Shown one piece after another: positions 9,897-20,585 of a stretch of 40,983 nt of DNA (position 1 is the stretch's first letter; each line of letters begins with the position of its first letter). A model generated the notes under the pieces. The model ran no database searches, was not told where the DNA came from, and was given only the letters and a program-made list of their open reading frames with translations. Both the position numbers and the translations under genes were made by a program. The stretch lies in the sequence record SRR22947727_1410, one strand, 5' to 3'.

Positions 9897-10907
9897 TTAA
9901 GAGCTGCGCGCCTGCCTGCGTGCAAAATGATAAACGGTTGCGTGGTGATAAACATCGCCGGGCAAAAGCCAGGGGCTTGGATATTCGGGTCTATTGGGTG
10001 CGTCAGGCCAGGTTTGGGCCTCTAGGGCGATGCCAGCAAAGGCGCGATAAGGGTACCCAGCATGGCCCTTCGCAGAAAAATCAGACAATCCGCTGCCCGT
10101 GTAAATATGCACCCCTGGCTCCGTGCTTGCCATTTCCATATCAAGCGCATCGGTACTTAAGCGCGCTACAGTGGTTATCGGACGGCGCCGGTCATTCAGG
10201 CAATAATTGTGATCAATTTTAGCAAATGTTCCATTTTCGCACAGCGCTGAAAAATTCGAAAAATCATATTTTGAGCCCGCAACAGGGGTGGGCGCTTGGC
10301 TGGGAATGCCAGTCTCATCAACCGGAAGGTAACGCTTCGATAAAACCTGTAAGCGGTGCAGATCAATCTGCGGGCGGCCGTCGAGATTGAAATAGCTATG
10401 ATTGGTAAAATTGCATAAGCTCGCGGCATCGGAAGTGGCGGTAATATCGATCTTCAAATTTGACTGCGCCAACTGATACCGCACGTTCACCCGAAGCGTG
10501 CCAACAAACCCCATATGCCCATCCGGGATAATATCTTCCAATGTTACAAAATCGGACCCCGAGTCGATGATGGCCCATAATCGGCTCGAAGAGCCATCTG
10601 ATCCGCCGTGCAGGCAATGCAACCCATCTTGATTGGCATCCAAACGCTGATGATCCGTCGCGCCGTCTATTCTCGCCTTGGCAATCCGGTTTGCATACCG
10701 CCCGACAATGGCCCCGAGATAGGGCGGGTTGGTTAAGTAAGGTTGGAGGTTGGGAAAGCCCAGAACCAAAGAATGCGGAAGATCGTTACACCTCAAATCT
10801 TGTAAAACAGCACCATATGTTGAGATATTCGCCCGTAAATCATCCGAAACAAGAGAGATCAGGTGCACCACCCTGCCCTTCAGATCCGATCCCCAAGCCC
10901 TAATCAT
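9897..10907 (-). CDS. galM: Aldose 1-epimerase (galactose mutarotase)
   Basis: Motifs GAIVGRYANRI, LHGG, NFTNHSYFNL and IALEAQTWPDAPN. Confidence 0.9.
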   Translation of the reverse strand: MIRAWGSDLKGRVVHLISLVSDDLRANISTYGAVLQDLRCNDLPHSLVLGFPNLQPYLTNPPYLGAIVGRYANRIAKARIDGATDHQRLDANQDGLHCLHGGSDGSSSRLWAIIDSGSDFVTLEDIIPDGHMGFVGTLRVNVRYQLAQSNLKIDITATSDAASLCNFTNHSYFNLDGRPQIDLHRLQVLSKRYLPVDETGIPSQAPTPVAGSKYDFSNFSALCENGTFAKIDHNYCLNDRRRPITTVARLSTDALDMEMASTEPGVHIYTGSGLSDFSAKGHAGYPYRAFAGIALEAQTWPDAPNRPEYPSPWLLPGDVYHHATVYHFARRQARSS

Positions 10908-12829
10908 TCAAACGGGCTGAGCCGAAGAAAATCAGCAGGCTTTATCTGACCATGAATGGTCTCAACGGCCCTCGCGTTATGATTAAACCAAAACTCTTCA
11001 GCCCCCATAACGCGGCGGCGCACGCCCTCTGGCATTTTAATCGTTTTTATTCCTGCTTTTTGACATAGCGGTTCTAAAAACTCTATAAAACCGTCCTGAT
11101 CTAACCAAGACCCTAGGTAAACCAAATTGCCATCTTCCATCGCCACTGTATCGCCTGCTTTGCTCAAGAGAATGGGCGTAGCATGCCCTTCCAAAAGCTC
11201 TCTATAGCCTTTGATCGCGCCTGCGCCTGAAAGCGCGATGGGCATATCTGGACGGAGGGATTCGACAGCGCTCACCGTCACATCAAGGTGAGGGATATCA
11301 GGGGGCAAAGGCTGGGGGATTGTCATATGTGCATCGCGCGCAGCTGATCGAGGCCCAATCAGACTTACTCCGCTGTTTGATGCCAAAGCTTGCTTTAAAT
11401 CTGACGGCATATGCATCATTCCGGGCGCACAAACCATTTTATAATCTGAAAAATTTTGCACTTTACTGGAAATCAAATCGACCGAGACTCCCAACTTGCG
11501 CAGCGCACAATACAGATCGAAAACCAAGCCGAAATAACTAAGCGTTGCCCCATGCGGTTGAATGCTCCAAGCCGCATCTGCATCATAATCAAAAATAATC
11601 GCAAGCTCGGCCGATGCATGCGCAACATCTGGCGCATCCGCCAGCTCTGCTGCCACTCGCGCGGCTTCTTTTAAGGCCGGTGCAGCTTCCCCGTCGGGGC
11701 GCAACAGGCCGGCATGCATTTGCTCTTGGGCAAAGGGCACTTGCCGCCACCGAAAGAAACTGACCGCCTCGGCGCCATGGGCAAAAGCTTCCCATGTCCA
11801 AAACCGCACCATACCAGGCAACGGAACAGGGTTATATGGCGCCCAATTCACCGGCCCGGGCTGTTGTTCCATTACCCACCATCGGCCCTGCCCAACCGCT
11901 CGATATAGATCATGATGAAAGGCTTGAAAATCTGGATGGCCTTGTCGTGCAAAAGCTTTTTGCTCATCTACCGACGCACCCACACGATCTTCCAAAAACC
12001 CAAGCGGATAGCTATCCCAAGTCGCTATATCAAGATCCTCGCCGACTTTGAAATGATCAAAATCGGTTATCCGGCCCATAAAATTATGTGAAATAGGCGC
12101 TGATGAATGCTGCCGTATAATCTCGACCTGTTCTTTATTAAAGGCAACGACCTGCTCTGAACTATAGCGCCTAAACGCCAAAGAATGTGCCGGATTCGGC
12201 TCTGTAACCGTTAAGTTTGGCAGCTCTATCTCATCAAAATCAGCATAAGACATCGACCAGAACACGTTGCCCCAAGCCGCGTTCAACGCGTCTATATCCC
12301 CTGCATTAGAACCATCTGAGAAAATAGCGCGCAGCCAGTTGCGAAATCCGTCTTCCGCATTTTTTGAATAAGACAATGTGGTATCGTGGCAGCCATATTC
12401 ATTATCGGTTTGCCACGCCGCCACGACAGGGTTATTGCCATAGCGCTTGGCAAGCCGCCCCACGATATCGCGGCATTGCAGGCGATAGCCCAAATGGCTG
12501 AAACAATAATGCCTGCGAGAGCCAAACCTGCGCGGCTGCCCCTGCGCGTCTATAGCCAGCATATCCGGATATTTTTGAACCACCCATTTGGGCGGCGTAG
12601 CGGTTGGCGTGCCCAACACAACTTTCAACCCCGCCTGCCCTAAACATGCAATCGCTTCATCGAGCCAGTCAAATTCAAAACACCCCTCGCGCGGCTCTAG
12701 ATTGTGCCAGGCGAATTCACCAATGCGCACCCAGGTTAGCCCCGTTTCAACCATTTTTTTTGCATCGATTGGCCACCGGCTTTGCGGCCAATGTTCAGGA
12801 TAGTAACACGTTCCGAGGCTGCGCTTCAT
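10904..12829 (-). CDS. Beta-galactosidase, GH42
   Basis: Motifs LGTCYYPEHW, VRIGEFAW, LGTPTATPP, WQTDNEYGCH and VMEQQPGPVNW. Start set at MKRSLG. Confidence 0.93.
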   Translation of the reverse strand: MKRSLGTCYYPEHWPQSRWPIDAKKMVETGLTWVRIGEFAWHNLEPREGCFEFDWLDEAIACLGQAGLKVVLGTPTATPPKWVVQKYPDMLAIDAQGQPRRFGSRRHYCFSHLGYRLQCRDIVGRLAKRYGNNPVVAAWQTDNEYGCHDTTLSYSKNAEDGFRNWLRAIFSDGSNAGDIDALNAAWGNVFWSMSYADFDEIELPNLTVTEPNPAHSLAFRRYSSEQVVAFNKEQVEIIRQHSSAPISHNFMGRITDFDHFKVGEDLDIATWDSYPLGFLEDRVGASVDEQKAFARQGHPDFQAFHHDLYRAVGQGRWWVMEQQPGPVNWAPYNPVPLPGMVRFWTWEAFAHGAEAVSFFRWRQVPFAQEQMHAGLLRPDGEAAPALKEAARVAAELADAPDVAHASAELAIIFDYDADAAWSIQPHGATLSYFGLVFDLYCALRKLGVSVDLISSKVQNFSDYKMVCAPGMMHMPSDLKQALASNSGVSLIGPRSAARDAHMTIPQPLPPDIPHLDVTVSAVESLRPDMPIALSGAGAIKGYRELLEGHATPILLSKAGDTVAMEDGNLVYLGSWLDQDGFIEFLEPLCQKAGIKTIKMPEGVRRRVMGAEEFWFNHNARAVETIHGQIKPADFLRLSPFE

Positions 12830-12836
12830 ATTGCCC

Positions 12837-13679
12837 TCACAATAACACCTGATGTTCAGCTTGCCCTTTGACATCTACATCTTTTACGAAAAATGTTTGG
12901 CCCGCCTGCGGCTCATTCACTCCAATCGCTGCCGAGGTTACGAACAAGCTTGTTAAGGTTTCACCGCCAAAGGCAGGGCAGCTGCTTTGCGAAGCAGGGC
13001 ATTGAATATGATCCAAGTAAACCCCCTCGGGGCTATAGCGCGCCACGCGACCACTGCCCCATTGGGCATTCCACAAACATCCAGATTGGTCAACAACCGC
13101 GCCGTCCGGGTGTATATTATCCGCGCGCAAATCAATGAAAGGTTCAGGATCTCCGATCGGCCACCCGTCTTTCGCTGACAAACGCCAACGATGGATGATT
13201 TGCTGGCTGGTATCGGCAAAATAAGCCGCATCGCCATTAGGTGAAAAGCAAATCGCATTGGAAATTGTTATGTTAGAGATCAGTTTTCGCAGTTCACCTT
13301 TAAAATAGCGATAGATCGCCCCAGCGCCTGTCTGCGCGGCTTTTCCCATCGTACCAATCCAAAACCCTCCAAAGGGGTCAGCGCGGCCATCATTAGAACG
13401 GGTTTCCAGCTTTTCTTTTTCCAACGCAACAACAGTGTCCGTTTTACCCGTCGTTATATCCAAGATAAAAAGTTCGATTTCAGAGGCTATTAAGATTTGA
13501 TCAGCAGAGACCCAACCCGCGGCCGATACGCAGGTCTCAAAATTCCAATCGCGCAATTGATTGTCCTCTTTCATCAGCACGCGTTTGGACAAAATATCAA
13601 ACCAAAACAAAGACTGACGCTCAGGATGCCACAGAGGCCCTTCCCCCAAGATGCAGTTGGTCGTGTCGAACACGTTCAT
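12837..13679 (-). CDS. SMP-30/gluconolactonase family protein, probable galactono-lactonase
   Basis: Motifs LGEGPLW, RSNDGRADP, ISNAICFSP, PDGAVVD and CPAFGG. Confidence 0.88.
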   Translation of the reverse strand: MNVFDTTNCILGEGPLWHPERQSLFWFDILSKRVLMKEDNQLRDWNFETCVSAAGWVSADQILIASEIELFILDITTGKTDTVVALEKEKLETRSNDGRADPFGGFWIGTMGKAAQTGAGAIYRYFKGELRKLISNITISNAICFSPNGDAAYFADTSQQIIHRWRLSAKDGWPIGDPEPFIDLRADNIHPDGAVVDQSGCLWNAQWGSGRVARYSPEGVYLDHIQCPASQSSCPAFGGETLTSLFVTSAAIGVNEPQAGQTFFVKDVDVKGQAEHQVLL

Positions 13680-14284
13680 TGATCAAACACTGCATCATAA
13701 GCCGCCGTGATATCTTGGGCCTTGGCGCGCACATCCGCCACGGACATACCCGGTTTATAAAGCGATGATCCGATCCCAAACCCGGTTGCACCTGCGCCAA
13801 CCCAATCTGAAAAATTATCGGGCCCCACGCCGCCAACCGCGTAAATAGGGGTGGTTTTGGGCAAGACCGCACGCAACGCCTCAAGCCCTTTTGGCCCTAA
13901 TAGAAATGAAGGAAACAGTTTTAAACCATCCGCCCCATGCCGCAGCGCGGTGAAACATTCGGTCGCTGTAAAGCACCCAGGATAAGATAGCATATCGGCC
14001 TGTTTTGTAGCCTTAATCACGTCTGAATTGCAATCTGGAGACACAACCATTGAAGCGTTAATCGCCGCCAAATGGTCAACTTGTTCCACCTGTAAAACCG
14101 TTCCAGCGCCGATCACGGCCACATCGCAAAACGCATCGATAAGCCGTTCAATGCTTTCAAAAGGCGACGGTGAGTTGAGCGGAACCTCAATTTTATCGAT
14201 CCCCGCCTCAATAAGAACCTCTGCAATTGCGGGGGCTTCTTTGCTGGTGATCCCACGTAAAATCGCTATAATTTCACGTTGCAT
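13676..14284 (-). CDS. dgoA: 2-dehydro-3-deoxy-6-phosphogalactonate aldolase
   Basis: Motifs IIAILRG, IEVPLNSP, IGAGTV, LKLFP and YAVGGV; adjacent to dgoK. Confidence 0.93.
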   Translation of the reverse strand: MQREIIAILRGITSKEAPAIAEVLIEAGIDKIEVPLNSPSPFESIERLIDAFCDVAVIGAGTVLQVEQVDHLAAINASMVVSPDCNSDVIKATKQADMLSYPGCFTATECFTALRHGADGLKLFPSFLLGPKGLEALRAVLPKTTPIYAVGGVGPDNFSDWVGAGATGFGIGSSLYKPGMSVADVRAKAQDITAAYDAVFDQ

Positions 14285-15209
14285 TTATAGATCCTTGTAT
14301 CTGTTGGTAGGCTTTGGTTAAGCCTGCAAGAGTCATATCAACCGAGCGATGGCTTTGAGGCTGCACACCTTGGCTGATCAAGCCATCAATATAGGCCATA
14401 GATAACTCTTCAGCGCCGATAATCGCGATATCTTGGCCCAACCAATAGGGGCGTGCTGCCGACAGTTCGAGGCCAATTAAAAACCCAGATAAGCGCGATC
14501 TCGCAACCGCGCCCGATAGATTATTTAACAAAGTCTCTGCCCTTAGCCCAAATAATTTCGAGGCAATTGAGGCCGGTGCGCTGATCGCCGCATCCAGCGC
14601 CTCTAGAAATGCGCTTTTGTGCCAGCCTGAAGATGCGATTGAATGTTTCAAAACAGATGTCTGGCCAAGCAGTGAAAACATCTCACCTGTCATAAAGGTC
14701 TGGAAACTGACAATTTCTTCCGCGCTGATCCTCACCCATTTGGTATGCGTGCCCGGCAAGCACAGAACGCCATCAAAGCTTGGGTTTTGGTTGAGAAATC
14801 CGGCTATTTGCGTTTCTTCACCGCGCATCACATCGGCAGGACGCGCCTGTTTCACGCCTGGGAGTATGTAGAGAGAAAACCGTTCATCGCGGGTTTCTAT
14901 TTTTTGGGCGTCTTCTAATCCCGGCGCCGAACACGGCGCGGCAATATAAGGTGCCTCATGCCAGCCTTGTTTTGCCCCGATCATTCCGCAGGCTACAACC
15001 GAAATTACCTTATCTTGCGATAGGAAAGGCGCTGCCAAACGCGTGAAGCGCGCATAAAATTGATCCGAAGACAGTGCGGCCATTCCGCTATCATCGCAGG
15101 CCTCGGCCAAAATATGGCCCTGAGCATTCAGCAACCAGATCCTCAAATGGCTGGTTCCCCAATCCACGGCCAGCCAATCTGGCCCAATTGCCCGCTTATT
15201 TATATTCAT
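14274..15209 (-). CDS. dgoK: 2-dehydro-3-deoxygalactonokinase
   Basis: Motifs AVDWGTS, CGMIG, DVMRGEETQ, LPGTHTKW and TFMTGE. Confidence 0.94.
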   Translation of the reverse strand: MNINKRAIGPDWLAVDWGTSHLRIWLLNAQGHILAEACDDSGMAALSSDQFYARFTRLAAPFLSQDKVISVVACGMIGAKQGWHEAPYIAAPCSAPGLEDAQKIETRDERFSLYILPGVKQARPADVMRGEETQIAGFLNQNPSFDGVLCLPGTHTKWVRISAEEIVSFQTFMTGEMFSLLGQTSVLKHSIASSGWHKSAFLEALDAAISAPASIASKLFGLRAETLLNNLSGAVARSRLSGFLIGLELSAARPYWLGQDIAIIGAEELSMAYIDGLISQGVQPQSHRSVDMTLAGLTKAYQQIQGSINAT

Positions 15210-15976
15210 CCTGTTACAACCACGCCGCCATCCACGACAACGGCTTGCCCCGTGAGCATCCGACTGCTTTGCGACGCCAAAAATAAAGTTGCATCAACGA
15301 TATCTTTAGGTTGTAGTAAGTCGGGCAGGCATTGGCGCGCCAAATGCGCTTTCAACCCGTCATCCGTGACCCATAAATCCTTTTGCCGATCGGTCATAAC
15401 CCAGCCAGGCATCACAGCATTTACGCGAATTCTATCAGGTCCTAACTCGCGTGCTAGCGATCTGGTTAACCCGGTAATCGCCGCTTTTGTTGCGGCATAA
15501 ACAGGATAACCAGCATTCCCCATCATATAAGAAATTGAAGAGAAATTGATGATTGACCCACCGCCATTCGCGCGCATGGCCGGTGCAACTTCTTGCGCTG
15601 TGAAAAATTGCGGCCGTAAATTTACCGCAATATTTTGATCAAACTCATCCTGCGTGTAGCCATCAAGCGTATGACGTGTATCGTTGGCCGCATTATTAAC
15701 CAAAATTGAAATAGGCCCATGTTGCGCGGCAGCTTTTACAATCGCCGCCTTTAAGGATGTTAGATCCGTGATATCACAGGGTAAAAATAAAGGGGCGTTG
15801 TCATATTTTTTGGCAAGCTCTGCGGCAAAATGATCTGCATTTGATCTTTGAACAAAAGCAACTTTGGCACCTTGCGCCAAAAAGCCTTCGGTCAACGCAG
15901 CGCCAATTCCCGCCCCACCGCCCGTGATAAAGACCGAAGCACCCTGTAAATCGTGAAATGTAACGGTTTGTGTCAT
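15206..15976 (-). CDS. SDR oxidoreductase, probable aldose (galactose) 1-dehydrogenase
   Basis: Motifs TGGGAGIG, LVNNAANDTRH, YAATK and PGWVMTDRQ. The substrate is inferred from gene context. Confidence 0.8.
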   Translation of the reverse strand: MTQTVTFHDLQGASVFITGGGAGIGAALTEGFLAQGAKVAFVQRSNADHFAAELAKKYDNAPLFLPCDITDLTSLKAAIVKAAAQHGPISILVNNAANDTRHTLDGYTQDEFDQNIAVNLRPQFFTAQEVAPAMRANGGGSIINFSSISYMMGNAGYPVYAATKAAITGLTRSLARELGPDRIRVNAVMPGWVMTDRQKDLWVTDDGLKAHLARQCLPDLLQPKDIVDATLFLASQSSRMLTGQAVVVDGGVVVTG

Positions 15977-17331
15977 GCTGCCTCTTCTTTCTGAAGCCAT
16001 TTTGGCATCCAATCGCCATGCGCTGCCAATAAGGCATCCACAAGGGCTTTTATCTGGTCAAGGTCAAATTCTGCCGCGGCGCGCGGATCAAGCATTGCGG
16101 CATGATAAATATGATCTCGATTTTCTTCTAACAATGCTTGAACGGTCAAGTCTTGTACATTTAAATTTGTGCGCATCAAAGCAATGAATTGTGGTGGAAT
16201 ATCGGGCACGGAGCTTGGGTGAATGCCGTTCGCATCTACCAGGCAAGGCACTTCCACTGCAGCACCATCGGGCAATTGCGGAATAAACCCGTTATTGGCC
16301 AGATTGCCATAGATGATTGCCGTGTCACCGGTGCTAAGCGCGTTCATGATTTGGGCTGCATATTCGTGGCTTTGCTTAACCTCGATATGCGCAGCCTCAC
16401 GAAATGCCACAACTTGATCCTTCCATGCGTCAATTTGCTCTTCGCAGCGTTTGGGGTATTCATCGATCGGGATTTGAAATTTTTTCACTAAATCTGGACG
16501 ATGCGATTTTAAAAACCATGGCACATATTCTGCAAAATGTTCAGAGCTTTCGGTCACGAATAATCCAAAATGCTTCATCACCTCATAGCGAATAAAATTT
16601 GGACAGCGGGGATTGGCACCTGTGTGCGTTGGGAACCGGCCTTCCAGATAACCATCGCGTAAATCGGGGTAAAGATCAGCCCAAGATCCGTCGCTTTGCC
16701 GGCCTTCAAAGCTTAAGAAAAAAGCCATGTGATTAATGCCGCCAGCGCGGTAGCGAATATCAGCAATATCGCGCCCCAAATCACGCGCCAGCTCTTCTGC
16801 TGTGCCTTGCACCGAATGACACAGCCCCACCTGCTTAATCATCGGATAACGCGCGCTGATCGCCCAAGTGTTGATCGCCATAGGGTTTACATATTGCAAC
16901 ATCACCGCGTCGGGGCATAGCGCCAGCATGTCTTCGCAAATTGACCAAAGATGCGGCACTGTTCGTATCCCGCGCATGATCCCGCCTATTCCCAGCGTAT
17001 CACCGATGGTTTGATCAAGTCCAAAGGATTTTGGGATTTCAAAGTCGGTTACTGTACAGGGTTCAAAGCCTCCGATCTGAAAACAAACAACCACAAAATC
17101 CGCCCCATCCAACGCCTCGCGTTGTGACAAATGAGTGGTGATTTTAGAATCTGCCTTCAAGCTTAGGATTAATTTTTGCGCCACCAACTGACTTTCCAAT
17201 AGACGCGTCTCATCAATATCCATAAGCGCAATATGCGCATTTTTCAGCGCCGGGTAATGCAAAACATCCCCCAGAATATTTTTCATAAAAATCGTAGACC
17301 CTGCACCAATAAAACATATTTTCTTAGCCAT
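15973..17331 (-). CDS. melA: NAD+-dependent alpha-galactosidase, GH4
   Basis: Motifs IGAGSTIF, QTIGDTLGIGGIMRG, YVNPM, GLCHSVQGT, GINH and VTESSEHFAEY. Confidence 0.9.
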   Translation of the reverse strand: MAKKICFIGAGSTIFMKNILGDVLHYPALKNAHIALMDIDETRLLESQLVAQKLILSLKADSKITTHLSQREALDGADFVVVCFQIGGFEPCTVTDFEIPKSFGLDQTIGDTLGIGGIMRGIRTVPHLWSICEDMLALCPDAVMLQYVNPMAINTWAISARYPMIKQVGLCHSVQGTAEELARDLGRDIADIRYRAGGINHMAFFLSFEGRQSDGSWADLYPDLRDGYLEGRFPTHTGANPRCPNFIRYEVMKHFGLFVTESSEHFAEYVPWFLKSHRPDLVKKFQIPIDEYPKRCEEQIDAWKDQVVAFREAAHIEVKQSHEYAAQIMNALSTGDTAIIYGNLANNGFIPQLPDGAAVEVPCLVDANGIHPSSVPDIPPQFIALMRTNLNVQDLTVQALLEENRDHIYHAAMLDPRAAAEFDLDQIKALVDALLAAHGDWMPKWLQKEEAA

Positions 17332-17346
17332 TTCCCGCGCTCTTTC

Positions 17347-18195
17347 CTATTTTACCGCCCCAAGTGTTAACCCCGCAATAAAATGCTTTTGCATGAAAAA
17401 AAACATTGCAACAGGTGGAACTGCCGCCAACAAAGACGCGGCTGAGACAAGCTGCCAATTGCTGACAAATTGACCATTGAGCGCGCGCACCCCTGCGGTG
17501 ATTGGCTTGACTTGTTCCCCTTGTGACAGAACATTTGCCCAGAAGAAATCATTCCAAACAAAGGTAAAAATCAAAACTGCCAATGCTGCAATAGCCGGGC
17601 GCACCAAGGGCACGATGATATACCAAAAAATACGCCATTCTGCGACGCCTTCCACGCGCGCGCTTTCAATCAAATCAAAAGGCAATGCCTTAATAAAATT
17701 GCGCATGAACAAAGTGCAAAACCCAGTTTGGAACGCCGCGTGAAAAAGGAATTGGCCGGCAATCGTATTATAAAGCCCCGTTTGCACCGACATGTCGCGC
17801 ACAGGAACCATTAAAATCTGAAACGGCACAAAGTTTCCGGCCACAAAAAGGAAAAATAGCGGCAATGCCAGACGAAATCGATAAATAGCCAACGCATAAC
17901 CTGCCAAACAGGCCAGAGCGATCGAGATCGCGACAGCTGGTAACGTGATCAGAAAGCTGTTAAAAAAGTATTTCACAGCCTCCGTTTGCATAAAGACTGC
18001 GGTATAATTTTCGACGAATTTGAATTCGCTTGGCCATCCAAACACATTGCCCGTATTGATGTCTTTTGCACCTCGAACCGAGGTTAAAAACACGGCTAGA
18101 AGTGGCAAAATCCAGATAAACAACGCAATCGGAAGAAAGAGAGAATAGGCAACCTGTTTTGGCTTGCTTGCCTGCTGTATCGCACGAGGAAACAT
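17347..18195 (-). CDS. Carbohydrate ABC transporter permease
   Basis: EAA-loop-like LIESARVEG, WNDFFWA and C-terminal FIAGLTLGAVK. Confidence 0.92.
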   Translation of the reverse strand: MFPRAIQQASKPKQVAYSLFLPIALFIWILPLLAVFLTSVRGAKDINTGNVFGWPSEFKFVENYTAVFMQTEAVKYFFNSFLITLPAVAISIALACLAGYALAIYRFRLALPLFFLFVAGNFVPFQILMVPVRDMSVQTGLYNTIAGQFLFHAAFQTGFCTLFMRNFIKALPFDLIESARVEGVAEWRIFWYIIVPLVRPAIAALAVLIFTFVWNDFFWANVLSQGEQVKPITAGVRALNGQFVSNWQLVSAASLLAAVPPVAMFFFMQKHFIAGLTLGAVK

Positions 18196-19176
18196 TTAAC
18201 CGCCCCGTCTTTCATCTTGATACATACGCCACAGAAAGTAGCTGATAAATACCATCATGATCGCAAATAAAACGGTTGCAACCGCGGAGCCATAGCCATA
18301 GCGCTCACCATATTCGCTGATCGCCACTTCATACATATAATGCGATAGCACATTGGTCATGCCATAGGGGCCACCCTGTGTCATAATAGCGATCATATCA
18401 AACGAGCGCAAAGCCCCAATCACCGTGACGGCAACCGCGATAAACGTTGCCGGGCGTAATTGTGGCAGAACTACATACCATAACATACGCCAGCCTTTCG
18501 CACCATCTAAACGACCCGCCTCAATTTGATCTGCGGCCACATTGTTCAGACCCGTTAGGTATAAAATCACGCAATAGGCGATTTGCGGCCACAGACCAGC
18601 AAAAATAATCCCATAGGTTGCCCAATCTGGGCTTGATAAAATATCAGGAACGGGGCGTGCACATTTTACCGTTTTATTGCCAATAAAATTGACCGTTTCC
18701 TCGCAGAAGATAAATTGCCATATCTTCGCAACGACTCCAAAATCAGGGTTGTAAAACCACCCAAAAATCAAACCAACCACGACTTGACTGATGACAAATG
18801 GAAAGAAGAACATTGATTTGTAAAATCGAATGCCCGTCACGGTCTGGTTTAAAAATATTGCGATAAACAGCCCAAGCGGCACCGCCAGCATATACAGGAA
18901 CAGCCAAAGAAAATTATTTTTAATGGAGATCCAAAAATTTGGGTCTACCCAAAGCTTACGATAATTTTCCAAGCCGATATATTGAGCTGTCGACTTACCT
19001 TCCGCGTTATAGAGCCCATTCCATTCAAAAAGTGAAAGCTGCAGCGATTGGAAAATTGGAATAATCACGTAGACGGAAAAAAACATAAACGCCGGAATTA
19101 AGAAAACAAGCGGCGCAAGGCTAAGCTTGTTGATGCGAAACCATCCTGCCGTTTTGTTTCGATATTCTGTCTGCAT
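18196..19176 (-). CDS. Carbohydrate ABC transporter permease
   Basis: Motifs IGLENY, IEAGRLDGA, LPQLRP and MTQGGP. Confidence 0.92.
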   Translation of the reverse strand: MQTEYRNKTAGWFRINKLSLAPLVFLIPAFMFFSVYVIIPIFQSLQLSLFEWNGLYNAEGKSTAQYIGLENYRKLWVDPNFWISIKNNFLWLFLYMLAVPLGLFIAIFLNQTVTGIRFYKSMFFFPFVISQVVVGLIFGWFYNPDFGVVAKIWQFIFCEETVNFIGNKTVKCARPVPDILSSPDWATYGIIFAGLWPQIAYCVILYLTGLNNVAADQIEAGRLDGAKGWRMLWYVVLPQLRPATFIAVAVTVIGALRSFDMIAIMTQGGPYGMTNVLSHYMYEVAISEYGERYGYGSAVATVLFAIMMVFISYFLWRMYQDERRGG

Positions 19177-19194
19177 ATCCCGCCTAACTTGCGC

Positions 19195-19220
19195 GCGGGG
19201 CGCTAATCAGCACGCCCCGC
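19195..19220 (-). other. Intercistronic stem-loop after the binding-protein gene
   Basis: Perfect 8-bp stem GCGGGGCG-N10-CGCCCCGC, in a position typical of mRNA-stabilising hairpins in ABC operons. Confidence 0.5.
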
Positions 19221-19232
19221 ACAATTTTATTT

Positions 19233-20465
19233 TCACTTATAAACGTCAGCTTGAACAGCATCCAAACGCTCTAGGATCGCGTCAAGCTTACTGGGATCGA
19301 GCATGAATTCCTGAAAGCCTTTCATCCCTTCAGAGGCCATAGCCGCAGGTGCATCCCGATCATAAAACTGGGCTAAACCAGCTGCATTTGAAACAACGGC
19401 AAACCCTTCTTGGATAAATTTGTCATCTCCAACCGAAGCTTTGGAATTAGGCGGCAATTGATGAATAGCCTTATTCCAGTTGGTTTGTGTATTTGGGTGG
19501 GCGATAAAAGCTAGGAATTTGCGGGCACCTTCTTTATTTTTTGCACCAGCAGGTATGAAGAACGCATCCGCGGGCGCTTCTTCTGCCATCGGCAGACCCG
19601 CTGTAATTTCTGGAAATTGGAAATAATCAATTTGATCATTTGTTAGTCCGGCTTCCTTCATTGCACCAACGGCGAAGTTCCCCATAACATACATGGCTGC
19701 ATCGCCATTGGCGAAAGCCGCAATGCCATCCTGCCATGACATAGAAGCGTGATTGTCTACAAATGAGCAACGCTCTAACATCTCTTTCCAATTGGCAAAA
19801 GTGGCACGAATGCGCGCATCCGTGTATTTGATTTCTCCGGCAGTCAACGCATTATGCACATCATACCCGTTTGTGCGCAGATTTAAATAATCAAAGACGC
19901 CCGCAGCAGTCCAAAGATATTTGGTGCCGATGGTGAACGGCGTTACTCCGACACCCTTCAAAGCATCGCAGTTTGACAAAAGCTCATTCCACGTTTTTGG
20001 CTCTGACAGGCCGAGCTTGTCATAAATATCTTTACGGTAGTAAACTCCCCACTGATAATAAGAATAAGGAACGCCCCAAATTTTTCCATTTCGCGTCATG
20101 GTTGGCTGTATGGCTGCCATATCTTGATCCAAATTGTTCGCCGCCCAAAGATCATCAATTGGCTCAAATAAGCCGGCATCTACAAATGGTCCCATGCGAT
20201 TTCCAGGATACCAAGACGTGACATCTGGCGGGTTAGCGCTCAAAAAATTACGAATTGCGGACTTGTGCGCCTCTTTGTCATTATTATTTGCAATTACGTT
20301 AAGATCTGGATTTTCTAACTGAAATGCGGCAACGGCATCTTCAAAAGCTTTCTTCTTATCGGGGTTGAGGTCGTCAAAGTTAATAACAAGATCAGCTCCC
20401 AGGACAGTTGTGGCGAACAAAGTCGAGATGACAAGCGAGCCTATACTGGATTTTAAAATTTGCAT
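19233..20465 (-). CDS. Carbohydrate ABC transporter substrate-binding protein
   Basis: Signal peptide, VPYSYYQWGVYYRKD, YVMGNF and QFYDRD. Confidence 0.92.
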   Translation of the reverse strand: MQILKSSIGSLVISTLFATTVLGADLVINFDDLNPDKKKAFEDAVAAFQLENPDLNVIANNNDKEAHKSAIRNFLSANPPDVTSWYPGNRMGPFVDAGLFEPIDDLWAANNLDQDMAAIQPTMTRNGKIWGVPYSYYQWGVYYRKDIYDKLGLSEPKTWNELLSNCDALKGVGVTPFTIGTKYLWTAAGVFDYLNLRTNGYDVHNALTAGEIKYTDARIRATFANWKEMLERCSFVDNHASMSWQDGIAAFANGDAAMYVMGNFAVGAMKEAGLTNDQIDYFQFPEITAGLPMAEEAPADAFFIPAGAKNKEGARKFLAFIAHPNTQTNWNKAIHQLPPNSKASVGDDKFIQEGFAVVSNAAGLAQFYDRDAPAAMASEGMKGFQEFMLDPSKLDAILERLDAVQADVYK

Positions 20466-20485
20466 TATTTTCTCCCATTTTACGC

Positions 20486-20561
20486 GTTGACAATTTGTTT
20501 CATATATTGAAACTTGCTTTCAACTATTGGAACTCTGCTGGGTAGAAAGACAATTGTCAAC
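20486..20561. promoter_or_regulatory. Overlapping divergent promoters with two candidate IclR operator palindromes
   Basis: TTGACA on + (20487-20492) and on - (20560-20555), flanking the palindromes GTTTCA-tatat-TGAAAC (20497-20513) and CTTTCA-actat-TGGAAC (20517-20533). Confidence 0.6.
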
Positions 20562-20585
20562 AACTCGATAAGAGAAATTTAACGA

